From Tissierellaceae bacterium (GTDB taxonomy: Bacteria > Bacillota > Clostridia > Tissierellales > Tissierellaceae): a stretch of DNA of 24,000 nucleotides. The notes under the pieces are model-generated. The model was not told the origin of the DNA. It searched no databases and was given only the letters and a program-made list of their open reading frames with translations. The stretch lies in the NCBI GenBank assembly GCA_033809995.1, contig JAPXKQ010000022.1, positions 12,638-36,637 on the forward strand, read 5' to 3'. Of the stretch, positions 8,679 to 17,080 are shown in pieces (within the stretch, counting starts at the first letter, position 1; every line of letters begins with the position of its first letter). The translations under genes and the position numbers were made by a program.

Positions 8679-8820
8679 TTCACAGTTCACAAAAAAATGC
8701 ACAAAAAAATAGGAGATTCCTCAACGGTGCCCAAGATGACAACAATTACGCTGAAAGCATCATCCCGAGCGAAGTCGAGGGATCTCTAACTTTTCACTAA
8801 ACAAATTATCAATTGACTAT
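8661..8820. mobile_element. Compact copy of the same repeat element (heptads, then an inverted unit pair, then the cttttcactaa end)
   Basis: Same module order as 1916-2142: heptads 8661-8709, forward unit 8711-8741, inverted unit 8760-8786, cttttcactaa 8790-8800, then degenerate aattatcaattgac. Confidence 0.6.
8691..8786 (-). terminator. Probable Rho-independent terminator formed by the inverted GC-rich unit pair
   Basis: On the minus strand, gagatccctcgacttcgctcgggatga pairs with tcatcttgggcaccgttgaggaatctc (27 positions, 4 mismatches, several G-U). It is followed by ctATTTTTTTgtgcATTTTTTT. Located 40 nt downstream of the GrdX-like stop codon. Confidence 0.5.
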
Positions 8821-8826
8821 TGTATT

Positions 8827-9210
8827 TTAATGTCCTAATATATCGATTACATTTTCCATGAGAGATAAATCTATAGTCATAAAATCATCTAGAACCCTTT
8901 TGGTCCAGTTAGGTGTATTCTTATTTTCAAGAAACTTCTTTGTTGTCAATATACTTTCTTCAAGTATAGTCAACCCTTCTTCATCTAGATTTTCCTTACC
9001 CTTGGATATAATTATACTCTTGTACGGAGTTTCATTTGGTTTTACACTCCCTGACAATGGATGCGTTAACAACTTATGTCCTTCATGGAGCCTATCCCTT
9101 ACATAATAAAGAACATTTAAGTAATCCATACCTTCTAGATAGACAACTTCTATTCTATCCTTGTATTTTTCATATACAAGGGTATTGTTTGTAACAATTA
9201 TACTTTTCAT
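8827..9210 (-). CDS. GrdX-family-like small protein (start trimmed to the MKSIIVTNN Met)
   Basis: MKSIIVTNNTLV...HEGHKLLTHPLSGSVKPNETPYKSIII matches my recollection of the GrdX family signature; not verified by search. GGAGG precedes the internal ATG pair at 9213/9210. The track start at 9243 would overlap the upstream gene by 20 nt. Confidence 0.55.
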   Translation of the reverse strand: MKSIIVTNNTLVYEKYKDRIEVVYLEGMDYLNVLYYVRDRLHEGHKLLTHPLSGSVKPNETPYKSIIISKGKENLDEEGLTILEESILTTKKFLENKNTPNWTKRVLDDFMTIDLSLMENVIDILGH

Positions 9211-9223
9211 CATTCCTCCGTTT

Positions 9224-9490
9224 TTAAACCAACTTAAAATCATTGTTAAATAACTTCTCTAATTCTGCAATCAATTCCTTTTCATCATGACCTTTTGCTA
9301 TCAAAGTAATATCTTCACCTTGAAAAGCGCCTAAAGACATAATCCCGATTATACTCTTACCATTTACTCTTTTGCCATTAGCTTCGATTTCTAAATCACT
9401 TGAAAATTTGTTAGCAATTTGAACAAATAAAGCAGCTGGTCTTGCGTGTAATCCTTCTGGGTTGGTAAGTTTTAAGGTTATTCTCTCCAT
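9224..9490 (-). CDS. HPr-family phosphocarrier protein (His15 and Ser46 both present)
   Basis: 88 aa. GLH(15)ARPA and GKS(46)IIGIMSLG motifs. It occupies the position downstream of whiA where B. subtilis encodes Crh. Confidence 0.85.
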   Translation of the reverse strand: MERITLKLTNPEGLHARPAALFVQIANKFSSDLEIEANGKRVNGKSIIGIMSLGAFQGEDITLIAKGHDEKELIAELEKLFNNDFKLV

Positions 9491-9492
9491 AA

Positions 9493-10446
9493 TTAATTCT
9501 CCCCTTTCAATCCATCGGCTATTTCCTCTAATTTTTTGAATCGATGATTTACACCAGACTTTCCAACTGGTGGATCCAACATCATTCCTATCTCTTTAAG
9601 GCTTGCTTCCGTATTTTCTAACCTTACTTCTGCTATTTCTCTTAAGTTTTTGGGCAATTTATTTAATCCCATCTTCTTCCTAATGGTCTCAATGCTTTCT
9701 ATTTGCCTTAATGAAGCATCTATAGTCTTGCTTAAATTTGCAGTTTCACAATTGACAATTCTGTTGATGTTATTTCTTACATCCTTTAATACCCTTATAT
9801 CCTCTAACTTTAACAATGCTTGATGAGCGCCAATAATATTTAATAAATCAACTATTTGTTCTCCTTCTTTTAAATATACTACAAAATTATCTTTTCTAGT
9901 AACTATTTTTGAATTTAAATCAAAAGAATTAATTATATTTAACAAGTCCATGGCATGTTCCTCATTGTTTGTTACAAATTCTAAATGATATGTTTTTTCA
10001 GGATTGCTTATGGATCCTCCCCCAAGGAAGGCACCCCTTATATAAGAACGTTTGCAACATCTTTTCTCAATTAATTTTTCTGGAACCTTATAATATGGTT
10101 TAAAAATGCTTAAATTATTTTCATCAATAAATCCAATATCTTGTAATATTCTATTAGATATATCCTTATCATTTACAACTATTAAGTAATTATTATTCTT
10201 TTTTAATTGTCTGTTTCTTCTTACCATGACTTCAACATCGGTATTGTAAATCATTTTTAAAATGGAAAAAATCCTTCTAGCTATTGCGGCATTTTCAGTA
10301 TTAAATTTTAGATTTATCTTACTCCTACCTGATATCTGTATCGTACCATTCATCCTTACCATAGCTGCTAATTCAGCCAATGCGCAACAACTATCTGTAA
10401 TTGGTATTCTTGATAATTCATTTTTGGCTGTTGAAGAGAAGGACAT
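9493..10446 (-). CDS. whiA: DNA-binding sporulation/cell-division regulator WhiA
   Basis: 317 aa. MSFSSTAKNELSRI N-terminus, a degenerate LAGLIDADG-like middle region, and a C-terminal HTH region (SGVNHRFKKLEEIA). Confidence 0.9.
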   Translation of the reverse strand: MSFSSTAKNELSRIPITDSCCALAELAAMVRMNGTIQISGRSKINLKFNTENAAIARRIFSILKMIYNTDVEVMVRRNRQLKKNNNYLIVVNDKDISNRILQDIGFIDENNLSIFKPYYKVPEKLIEKRCCKRSYIRGAFLGGGSISNPEKTYHLEFVTNNEEHAMDLLNIINSFDLNSKIVTRKDNFVVYLKEGEQIVDLLNIIGAHQALLKLEDIRVLKDVRNNINRIVNCETANLSKTIDASLRQIESIETIRKKMGLNKLPKNLREIAEVRLENTEASLKEIGMMLDPPVGKSGVNHRFKKLEEIADGLKGEN

Positions 10447-10550
10447 AATATCACCTCATTTTATAACGAATAGGAAAGTTCTACAATTCAGTTTTTATTA
10501 TTCTAAGGACTTTCCGTTTATGAGTTTCATAAAAAGCTTCATTAATTTAA

Positions 10551-10970
10551 TTATAATTCAATAGAGGCTTTTTTTATTAACTCAATACCTTTAACAATTA
10601 TTTTTCTTTCATCAGCATATCGAACTAAATCCTTTGCTTTATCTATATGCACAAACATGGCATCTATAAACCCTTCCTTCCTTTGAGGTGTGCAATCCAT
10701 AGTATTGCTTTTCATCAAATACCAATGAACAGTTTTTGATACCAGCTCATCTTCTTTTAAATTCTTATAGTTATAATGTACTGAGCCTAAGTAATCGATA
10801 ATTTCACCTTTAACTCCAGATTCTTCTAGTACTTCACGGAGTGCTGCTTTTTTAATATTTTCACCTTTTTCTAAGCGTCCTTTAGGCAGTACCCAATCTC
10901 CATTATATTTCTTTAATAATAAAATAGTATTTCCAAATACTACTACACCTCCAGAGCTTATCTCTTCCAT
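10551..10970 (-). CDS. NUDIX hydrolase
   Basis: Nudix box GRLEKGENIKKAALREVLEESGV. Start trimmed to ATG 10970 (MEEISSGG), with AGGAG 9 nt upstream; the track uses an upstream TTG. Confidence 0.85.
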   Translation of the reverse strand: MEEISSGGVVVFGNTILLLKKYNGDWVLPKGRLEKGENIKKAALREVLEESGVKGEIIDYLGSVHYNYKNLKEDELVSKTVHWYLMKSNTMDCTPQRKEGFIDAMFVHIDKAKDLVRYADERKIIVKGIELIKKASIEL

Positions 10971-11012
10971 CTTTACCAACTCCTGATAAATCGTAATTAG
11001 AATATTGTTTCT

Positions 11013-11041
11013 ATTATACTATATTTGTCAATACTTTTGAA
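11013..11041 (-). promoter_or_regulatory. Candidate promoter for the NUDIX gene
   Basis: Minus strand: TTCAAA (complement of 11036-11041), a 17-nt spacer, then TATAAT (complement of 11013-11018). Confidence 0.35.
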
Positions 11042-11043
11042 GG

Positions 11044-11085
11044 ATTTTAATGCTAATTTTAATGCTAATAAAGAAAATAAAGAAA
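11044..11085. repeat. Two short perfect tandem duplications in the divergent promoter region
   Basis: attttaatgcta occurs twice (11044-11055 and 11056-11067), followed by aataaagaa twice. Confidence 0.8.
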
Positions 11086-11110
11086 TAATATATTATGCGT
11101 ATGTTTATGG

Positions 11111-11119
11111 TGGTATAAT
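11111..11119 (+). promoter_or_regulatory. Extended -10 element (TGGTATAAT) for the M42 peptidase gene
   Basis: tggtataat at 11111-11119, 33 nt upstream of ATG 11152. AAAGGGGG RBS at 11137-11144. The -35 is weak. Confidence 0.4.
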
Positions 11120-11151
11120 AAACGTATAAATATCAAAAGGGGGTATTGTAA

Positions 11152-12192
11152 ATGGTTATATCAATGGATTATGTTTTAGAAAAACTAGAAGTCTTATTAA
11201 AAACTCCAAGTCCTACTGGAAATACAGAAAAAGCCATTCAATTCGTGGAAAATGAATTTAAGTCCTTGGGAATTGTTACTAGTAGAAATAAGAAGGGTGC
11301 CCTTATTGCCACAATTGAAGGTAAAAATAAGGATAAAGAAATTACCCTATCAGGTCATGTTGATACATTAGGTGGTATGGTAAAGGAAATTAAAGGCAAT
11401 GGCAGATTAAAAATTACTCAATTGGGCGGATATGTTTGGAACACCATCGAAGGAGAACATGTAGAAATAGAAACATTAGAAGGTAATACTTATACAGGTA
11501 CTATAATGACTACAAAAGCATCCTCACATGTTCATGGAGAAGAAACTAAAAATGTTGAAAGAAATATGGCAAATATGGAAGTAAGAATTGATGAGGTAGT
11601 AAATAATGCTGAAGATGTAGAAAAGCTTGGAATCAATGTGGGGGATTTTGTTTCATTTGACCCTAGAACTTTTTTTACAAAGTCGGGATTTATTAAGTCT
11701 CGTCACCTAGATGATAAAGCTGGTGTTGTAGCTTTATTGAGTATTGCAAAATACTTAGTGGATAATAATGCAAAACCTGAATATACTACAAACTTTTTCA
11801 TTAGCAATTATGAAGAGGTTGGTCATGGTGCGGCAGCATCTATTCCAGAGAAAACCTTTGAATTTATTGCTGTTGATATGGCTGCACCTGGTGAAGGACA
11901 AACCTCTGATGAGTTTTCAGTTACTATTTGTGCAAAGGATAGTTCTGGACCTTATGACTATGAATTAAGAAAAAGATTGATTGATTTAGCCAAAGAAAAT
12001 AATCTAAATTATAAAATTGATATTTATCCATACTATGGCTCAGATGGCTCTGCGGCTTTAAGAGCTGGACATGATTTCAAAGTTGGATTAATAGGACCAG
12101 GTGTGGATGCATCTCATTCCTTTGAAAGAACTCATAGAGATGCTATTGAAAATACAATAAAATTGGGAATAGCTTATTTATTGGGTAAATAA
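11152..12192 (+). CDS. M42 family metallo-aminopeptidase (FrvX/YsdC-like)
   Basis: 346 aa with M42 metal-ligand motifs in order: SGHVDT, HLDDKAG, NYEEVGHG, AVDMA, ASHSFE. Confidence 0.85.
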   Translation: MVISMDYVLEKLEVLLKTPSPTGNTEKAIQFVENEFKSLGIVTSRNKKGALIATIEGKNKDKEITLSGHVDTLGGMVKEIKGNGRLKITQLGGYVWNTIEGEHVEIETLEGNTYTGTIMTTKASSHVHGEETKNVERNMANMEVRIDEVVNNAEDVEKLGINVGDFVSFDPRTFFTKSGFIKSRHLDDKAGVVALLSIAKYLVDNNAKPEYTTNFFISNYEEVGHGAAASIPEKTFEFIAVDMAAPGEGQTSDEFSVTICAKDSSGPYDYELRKRLIDLAKENNLNYKIDIYPYYGSDGSAALRAGHDFKVGLIGPGVDASHSFERTHRDAIENTIKLGIAYLLGK

Positions 12193-12216
12193 AAGTAATT
12201 TGTAAATAACCATTAG

Positions 12217-12243
12217 AAAAGGGAAAGCAGAAAGCTTTCCCTT
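12217..12243 (-). terminator. Rho-independent terminator between the convergent M42 and glycosyltransferase genes
   Basis: gggaaagc (12221-12228), loop agaaa, gctttccc (12234-12241), extended by A-T pairs. The minus strand continues with TTTTCT. The A-tract on the other side could give partial bidirectionality. Confidence 0.65.
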
Positions 12244-12247
12244 ACAT

Positions 12248-13462
12248 CTAAAGTATAGAGTTAATAATATTATTCATATTATCAACTAATCCTTCCCAAG
12301 AAAAAGCCCTTATTTTATCTTCCATTTCTTTGTGGAATTCTCTCTTCTCTCTTACTTTTCCAACTTGAGTCAATATAGCCTTCTTTAGGTTTTCTTTAAA
12401 TTCTGGTAAATCTTCTTTAACTGGTTTATCTATATCATATATTCTAGGAAGTGGAACATATTTAATTATACCAGAGTCTGTTATTTCTTCTCCTAAAAAT
12501 GCCATTAATGCTTCTATTTCTGTAGTCACTACATACAGTCCACAGGCTAAACTCTCTATAGCCATAAGACCTAAACCTTCATAGTAAGAAGGCATGATAA
12601 ATATATCTTTTTCCCTTAACTCATCTCCTAAAGCTACCTGATCTTTTACATTATATACTCTTATAGTACTATCATCTTTAATATAATCTTCTATTTTATT
12701 TTTGTTTTCTTCATCAGGACTTCCTATAATATCTAAAGTTAAATTATCTAGCCCTAAAGATTTATAAACCTCTATAAGTTCATAAATTCCTTTTGATGGG
12801 TCTATTTTCGCACAGAATACAAGTCTGATTTTATCAGAATAAGTCTTTTGTTTTGGAGGATAGAAAATATTTTGATTAAATCCTCCTCCTACTGCAATTA
12901 TCTTATCTCTGTCTATGCCATATATTTTAACTATTTCATCCTTTTGCTGTTCAGATGCCGAAAATATATAGTCTAGCTCATGTATTTTATCTACATATTT
13001 TTCTTTAAGATTTGGATTCATTTTTGCTTGTCTTAGGTCTGTATTATGACACAAACCTATGATTTTTGTATCCGGAAATACTTCTCTAACTAAAGATGTC
13101 AAAATCCAAAGGTGATGTGAAAATATAATATCTGGTTTAAAATCTTTCTTTGCTTTTTCTAATCTTTTTCTAAAGGCTTCTTTCCAAATATCCACCATTT
13201 CCTCAGTCATAGATGAATATAATGTGTTTTCATAAGGCATAACATCACTCATTCCAACTAAGGGAAATGGCAATTCTTCACTTTTAAAAACTACAGGATA
13301 TTGATATTCATCATCTAAAATATTCCAAAGATATTCATCTTGATATCCAAAAATGGCTTTTTGCTGGTAATTATATTTTTTAAAACCTTCTATCATATTA
13401 GAGTAATATACCCCTGACCCTGTCTTTGATGGCAATTGTGCTATTACATGTAATACTTTCAT
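12248..13462 (-). CDS. GT4-family (group 1) glycosyltransferase
   Basis: 404 aa. The C-terminal GT-B donor-binding region PSYYEGLGLMAIESLACGLYVV has the E-x7-E-like motif. Its ATG overlaps the upstream ATPase stop codon (ATGA, 13459-13462). Confidence 0.8.
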   Translation of the reverse strand: MKVLHVIAQLPSKTGSGVYYSNMIEGFKKYNYQQKAIFGYQDEYLWNILDDEYQYPVVFKSEELPFPLVGMSDVMPYENTLYSSMTEEMVDIWKEAFRKRLEKAKKDFKPDIIFSHHLWILTSLVREVFPDTKIIGLCHNTDLRQAKMNPNLKEKYVDKIHELDYIFSASEQQKDEIVKIYGIDRDKIIAVGGGFNQNIFYPPKQKTYSDKIRLVFCAKIDPSKGIYELIEVYKSLGLDNLTLDIIGSPDEENKNKIEDYIKDDSTIRVYNVKDQVALGDELREKDIFIMPSYYEGLGLMAIESLACGLYVVTTEIEALMAFLGEEITDSGIIKYVPLPRIYDIDKPVKEDLPEFKENLKKAILTQVGKVREKREFHKEMEDKIRAFSWEGLVDNMNNIINSIL

Positions 13463-14382
13463 ATTTCCCTCTTTTCCATTTCTATATATATTTTATCACC
13501 TATTTTAAATTCCTCTTCGTTATTGAGCCTAATCATTGTATATTTCTTACTTTTATATTCTATAATATACTCCATATAAGAACCTTTAAATATCTTTTCT
13601 ACCACAATGGCTTCTTCTCCATCTTTACTTATATTAATAGATTCTGGTCTTATATATGATCCATTCTCTATATTAGCTGCTCCTAAGAAGTTAAGAGCAA
13701 ACTCAGTTTTGGGGTTTAAGTATATATTCCTTGCCGTATCCATTTGTTCAATTCTTCCTTTATTCATTAAGATTATTCTATCAGCTATTGAAAATGCATC
13801 TTCTTGATCATGGGTTACAAATATCATCGTAATATTGAAAACATCTCTTATTCTAAGAAGCTCTTCCCGCATAGTAACCCTAAGTTTTGTATCTAGATTT
13901 GAAAAGGGTTCATCTAATAATAGTAATTTAGGTTTAACTATTAAAGCACGGCCTAAAGCCACCCGTTGCTGCTCTCCACCTGACAATTCTGTTACCTTCT
14001 TGTTTTCGTAACCTTTCAAGTTTAAAACTTCAAGCATCTTTTTGCCTTCTATTAAGGCATCTTTTCTCTTATATTTTCTAAATTTTAGCCCATATATTAT
14101 ATTTTCTATGACAGTCTTATGAGGAAATAATCCATAGGACTGAAATACTGTGGCTGTTGCCCTATCTTCCGGACCAATATTCTCTATATTTCTACCATCC
14201 AATAGAATTTCACCATTATCTATTGCAATAAATCCGCCTATAGATTGAAGTACTGTAGTTTTCCCACAGCCTGAAGGTCCGAGAATACAGATTATTTCCT
14301 TTTCCTTTGCAGAAAAAGAAACATCCCTTAAAGCTTCCATATCATTATACTTTTTTGTTAGATTTTTAATTTCAAGAAACAT
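13459..14382 (-). CDS. ABC transporter ATP-binding protein (PotA/FbpC-like importer ATPase)
   Basis: Walker A GPSGCGKTT, signature LSGGEQQRVALGRAL, Walker B LLLLDEPFSNLD, and a C-terminal regulatory/TOBE-like tail. Confidence 0.9.
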   Translation of the reverse strand: MFLEIKNLTKKYNDMEALRDVSFSAKEKEIICILGPSGCGKTTVLQSIGGFIAIDNGEILLDGRNIENIGPEDRATATVFQSYGLFPHKTVIENIIYGLKFRKYKRKDALIEGKKMLEVLNLKGYENKKVTELSGGEQQRVALGRALIVKPKLLLLDEPFSNLDTKLRVTMREELLRIRDVFNITMIFVTHDQEDAFSIADRIILMNKGRIEQMDTARNIYLNPKTEFALNFLGAANIENGSYIRPESINISKDGEEAIVVEKIFKGSYMEYIIEYKSKKYTMIRLNNEEEFKIGDKIYIEMEKREI

Positions 14383-15994
14383 CTTTACTACTCCTATTAA
14401 ATATTCTATAAGATACTAAGCTAACAGACAAACATATTATAATTATAATACAAGAAAGTACTGAAGCTATTTTATATTTTCCACTGGATACTAAATCAAA
14501 TAATACTAATGTTGCCAGTTTTTTACTTGGATACACTAAAAATATTATTGATCCTATGGTGGTCATTGAAGATATGAATGTATTAGTAAAAGATAGAAAT
14601 AATCCTGAATAACTCATAGGAAATACTATATCCTTTAAAATATATAAGTTGTGAGCCCCTAGATCTTTTGCTGAGTTTAAAGTTGATTTTTCTATTTGAG
14701 TCATACTATTTTGTATTGTCCTAATAGACATAGGTAGTTGCCTAAAAAGTAAATTTAGTATAACTATAGTTGCCGTTCCTGTTAATTTTAGTGGTCTTCC
14801 ATTGAATGCAAAAATATATCCAAGTCCAAAAAAAGTTCCTGGTACTATGTAGGGCATATTTGAAATAAAGTCTAATACCTTCATATATCCATTATTTCTA
14901 ATATAAGAATAATATGATAGTATCAAGCCTATTAAGCTTGAAAATACTCCTGCAATTATAGAATATACTATACTCCTTATGAAGCTATCTTTTATGTAAG
15001 GAATACTATCTAACACATTGTTTATGGTAAGATAAGTCTCTCCCCTATATTTATCTGTAAAAGCTGATATGAAAATTGCTAAGTACTGAATTATTAGCCA
15101 TAAAATAAAAGATAAGCCTAAAATCTTTATTAAATGATATAAGCCATTCTTTCTTAACACTCCCTTGGTTTCTCTTAAGGTTTTGGAAGCACTTTGCTGT
15201 TGTTTTGAAAAGTAATTATATATCATAAAAATTATTACCGAGGGAATAAAAAGTATTACTGACATTGCAGATGCCCTAGTAGAATTTCCCTTCGCTATAA
15301 TAGATAAATAAGATTCTGTTGCTAAAGTGTTGAATGCCCCTCCTATTATCATGGGGCTTGAAAAATCTGCCATGGATCTAATAAAACTTAATAAATAACT
15401 TACAGCTATGGCTGGTTTCATAATCGGAATTATTATATCTAGTAGAATACTAGTAGTATCAGCTTTTAAAGATCTGGCAGATTCTATCATAGTATTATCG
15501 AAGGAATCTAAGTATCCTATTAGTAATACTGCATTTAGTGATGTAAAACCCAAAGTTTGTACAGATACTATGCCCCATAAACCATAGGGATTTATCGATA
15601 AATTCAAGATTCCTTTAGTAATGAATCCATTTCTTCCAAACAATTCTATATAGGTTAAAGACCCTATAAATGGCGGTGAAACCATAGTAAGAAGCAATAT
15701 AAACATTATAATTTTCTTTTGTTTTTCCGTAATGAAAAATGTCATAAGCCCTAAGGACAATGCAAATATAGTGGATAGCAAAGCTGTAATATTTGCAGAA
15801 ATTAATGAGTTTTTAACTAAATAAAGTTCGTCCTTTAAAAATGAAAATTCTGAAATATTAATTTGCCCATCTCTATATAAAGCTTTACTAAATACTGATA
15901 CAAAAGGGTATAAGATAAAGACTAAAATCAAAATAACAATACATACTTTTAGTATTAAATCCATTATATCTAAAGCCTTTTTCTTTATACCCAT
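14372..15994 (-). CDS. ABC importer permease, fused two-domain type (FbpB/ThiP-like)
   Basis: 540-aa polytopic protein with two repeated ~6-TM halves. It overlaps the ATPase start by 11 nt. Confidence 0.85.
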   Translation of the reverse strand: MGIKKKALDIMDLILKVCIVILILVFILYPFVSVFSKALYRDGQINISEFSFLKDELYLVKNSLISANITALLSTIFALSLGLMTFFITEKQKKIIMFILLLTMVSPPFIGSLTYIELFGRNGFITKGILNLSINPYGLWGIVSVQTLGFTSLNAVLLIGYLDSFDNTMIESARSLKADTTSILLDIIIPIMKPAIAVSYLLSFIRSMADFSSPMIIGGAFNTLATESYLSIIAKGNSTRASAMSVILFIPSVIIFMIYNYFSKQQQSASKTLRETKGVLRKNGLYHLIKILGLSFILWLIIQYLAIFISAFTDKYRGETYLTINNVLDSIPYIKDSFIRSIVYSIIAGVFSSLIGLILSYYSYIRNNGYMKVLDFISNMPYIVPGTFFGLGYIFAFNGRPLKLTGTATIVILNLLFRQLPMSIRTIQNSMTQIEKSTLNSAKDLGAHNLYILKDIVFPMSYSGLFLSFTNTFISSMTTIGSIIFLVYPSKKLATLVLFDLVSSGKYKIASVLSCIIIIICLSVSLVSYRIFNRSSKDVS

Positions 15995-16009
15995 TCAATA
16001 TCACCTATA

Positions 16010-17080
16010 TTATTTTCCTTTAGTCAATTCTTCCCATCTAGTTAATATACTTTCTCTCATAGTACCAAAGGTAGAAATGTCTTGTTCTATTAATTTATCC
16101 TTTGGTAAACCTAAATCATATCCTTCTATTCCTGCTTTTATCATTTGGGCACTATCTTTTCCGTCTAATTCTGCAAGTATTTTTTGATTTTCATCCCTTA
16201 ACATAAAATCTATGAAAGCTTTTGCTATATCTACTCCTTCTCCGCCTTTGAAAATTGCTACTCCTTCTGGTACCCATGGAATACCATCTTCTGGATAGAT
16301 TACTTTTAGATTATTCTTCACTGCTACGTCAAATGAACCTTTATCTGCAGGTATGATACCTATGGCAAATTCTCCTGCTACTGTCTTCTCTTCAGGGTCT
16401 TTTCCCCTTTTGCCATAGAAAGGTATATTATCATTTAATTTTTTAAGGTATTCCCAACCTTTTTCTTCTCCCATCATATCTAGAATACCCTTTACAGCAC
16501 CATAGTTAGTGCCTGATATAGCTGGATTTGCCATTATTATTTCATCCTTATATTTAGGGTCTGAAAGTTCAGCCCAAGTTGTAGGCACTTCTAAGTTTTT
16601 TTCTTGTAATAATTCTTCATTTACTAAAAATCCAACAACTGTTAGACCTTTAGAAACCCAGTAATTATCACTATCTATAAAACGTTGATCTATTTTATCT
16701 ACTTCCTTTGGTACATATTGCTCAAGCAATCCTAAAGTCTTAGCAGCCATAAAAGCATCTATTCCACCACCAAACCATAAATCTGCCATAGGCTGGCCAC
16801 CTTCTGCCTGAATTTTGGCAATAACTTCCCCACTACTCATAGATAAAAATTCAACTTTAGCATTTACTTCTTTTGAAAAAGCATCAAATAATTCTACATA
16901 TTTTTCAGATGTAGTAACTACATTCATGGTTCTCCCTTTAAAGTCGTATTTATCCTCTTTTGTTTCTTCTACATTTCCTGTACCTACGTCTTTGGTTACT
17001 TCTTCGTTTTTATTTGAACAACCTGTATAAATTACCATACTAAAAATAAGCAATATGATTAATAAAGCTCTTTTTTTCAT
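16010..17080 (-). CDS. ABC importer substrate-binding lipoprotein (family-1 SBP, iron(III)/thiamine/polyamine-like class)
   Basis: Signal peptide with lipobox IYTGC. The ADLWFGGG motif is typical of FbpA/AfuA/ThiB-like SBPs. Start trimmed to ATG 17080 (AAAGGGGA RBS). Confidence 0.8.
   Translation of the reverse strand: MKKRALLIILLIFSMVIYTGCSNKNEEVTKDVGTGNVEETKEDKYDFKGRTMNVVTTSEKYVELFDAFSKEVNAKVEFLSMSSGEVIAKIQAEGGQPMADLWFGGGIDAFMAAKTLGLLEQYVPKEVDKIDQRFIDSDNYWVSKGLTVVGFLVNEELLQEKNLEVPTTWAELSDPKYKDEIIMANPAISGTNYGAVKGILDMMGEEKGWEYLKKLNDNIPFYGKRGKDPEEKTVAGEFAIGIIPADKGSFDVAVKNNLKVIYPEDGIPWVPEGVAIFKGGEGVDIAKAFIDFMLRDENQKILAELDGKDSAQMIKAGIEGYDLGLPKDKLIEQDISTFGTMRESILTRWEELTKGK

Noticed and set aside
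267-8709. Possibility that the repeated arrays are CRISPR arrays
   Set aside because: The period is ~7 bp with no unique spacers, each array is only ~35-55 bp, and there are no cas genes. This is not CRISPR architecture.
10476-10525. Possible hairpin (ggaaagt ... actttcc) between the NUDIX gene and whiA
   Set aside because: It is a 7-bp stem with a ~27-nt loop and no U-run on the relevant strand, so it is not convincing as a terminator or regulatory structure.
1027-10564. Plus-strand ORFs in the track that lie antisense within large minus-strand genes (for example 1027-1281, 1528-1716, 2921-3151, 3260-3580, 3668-3916, 3935-4192, 4196-4456, 5038-5358, 5497-5751, 5651-5962, 7236-7448, 8858-9106 and 10262-10564)
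   Set aside because: They are shadow ORFs opposite well-supported genes. Their low-complexity Leu/Ile/Ser/Phe-rich translations are typical of antisense frames in AT-rich DNA. None has an RBS or a recognisable motif.
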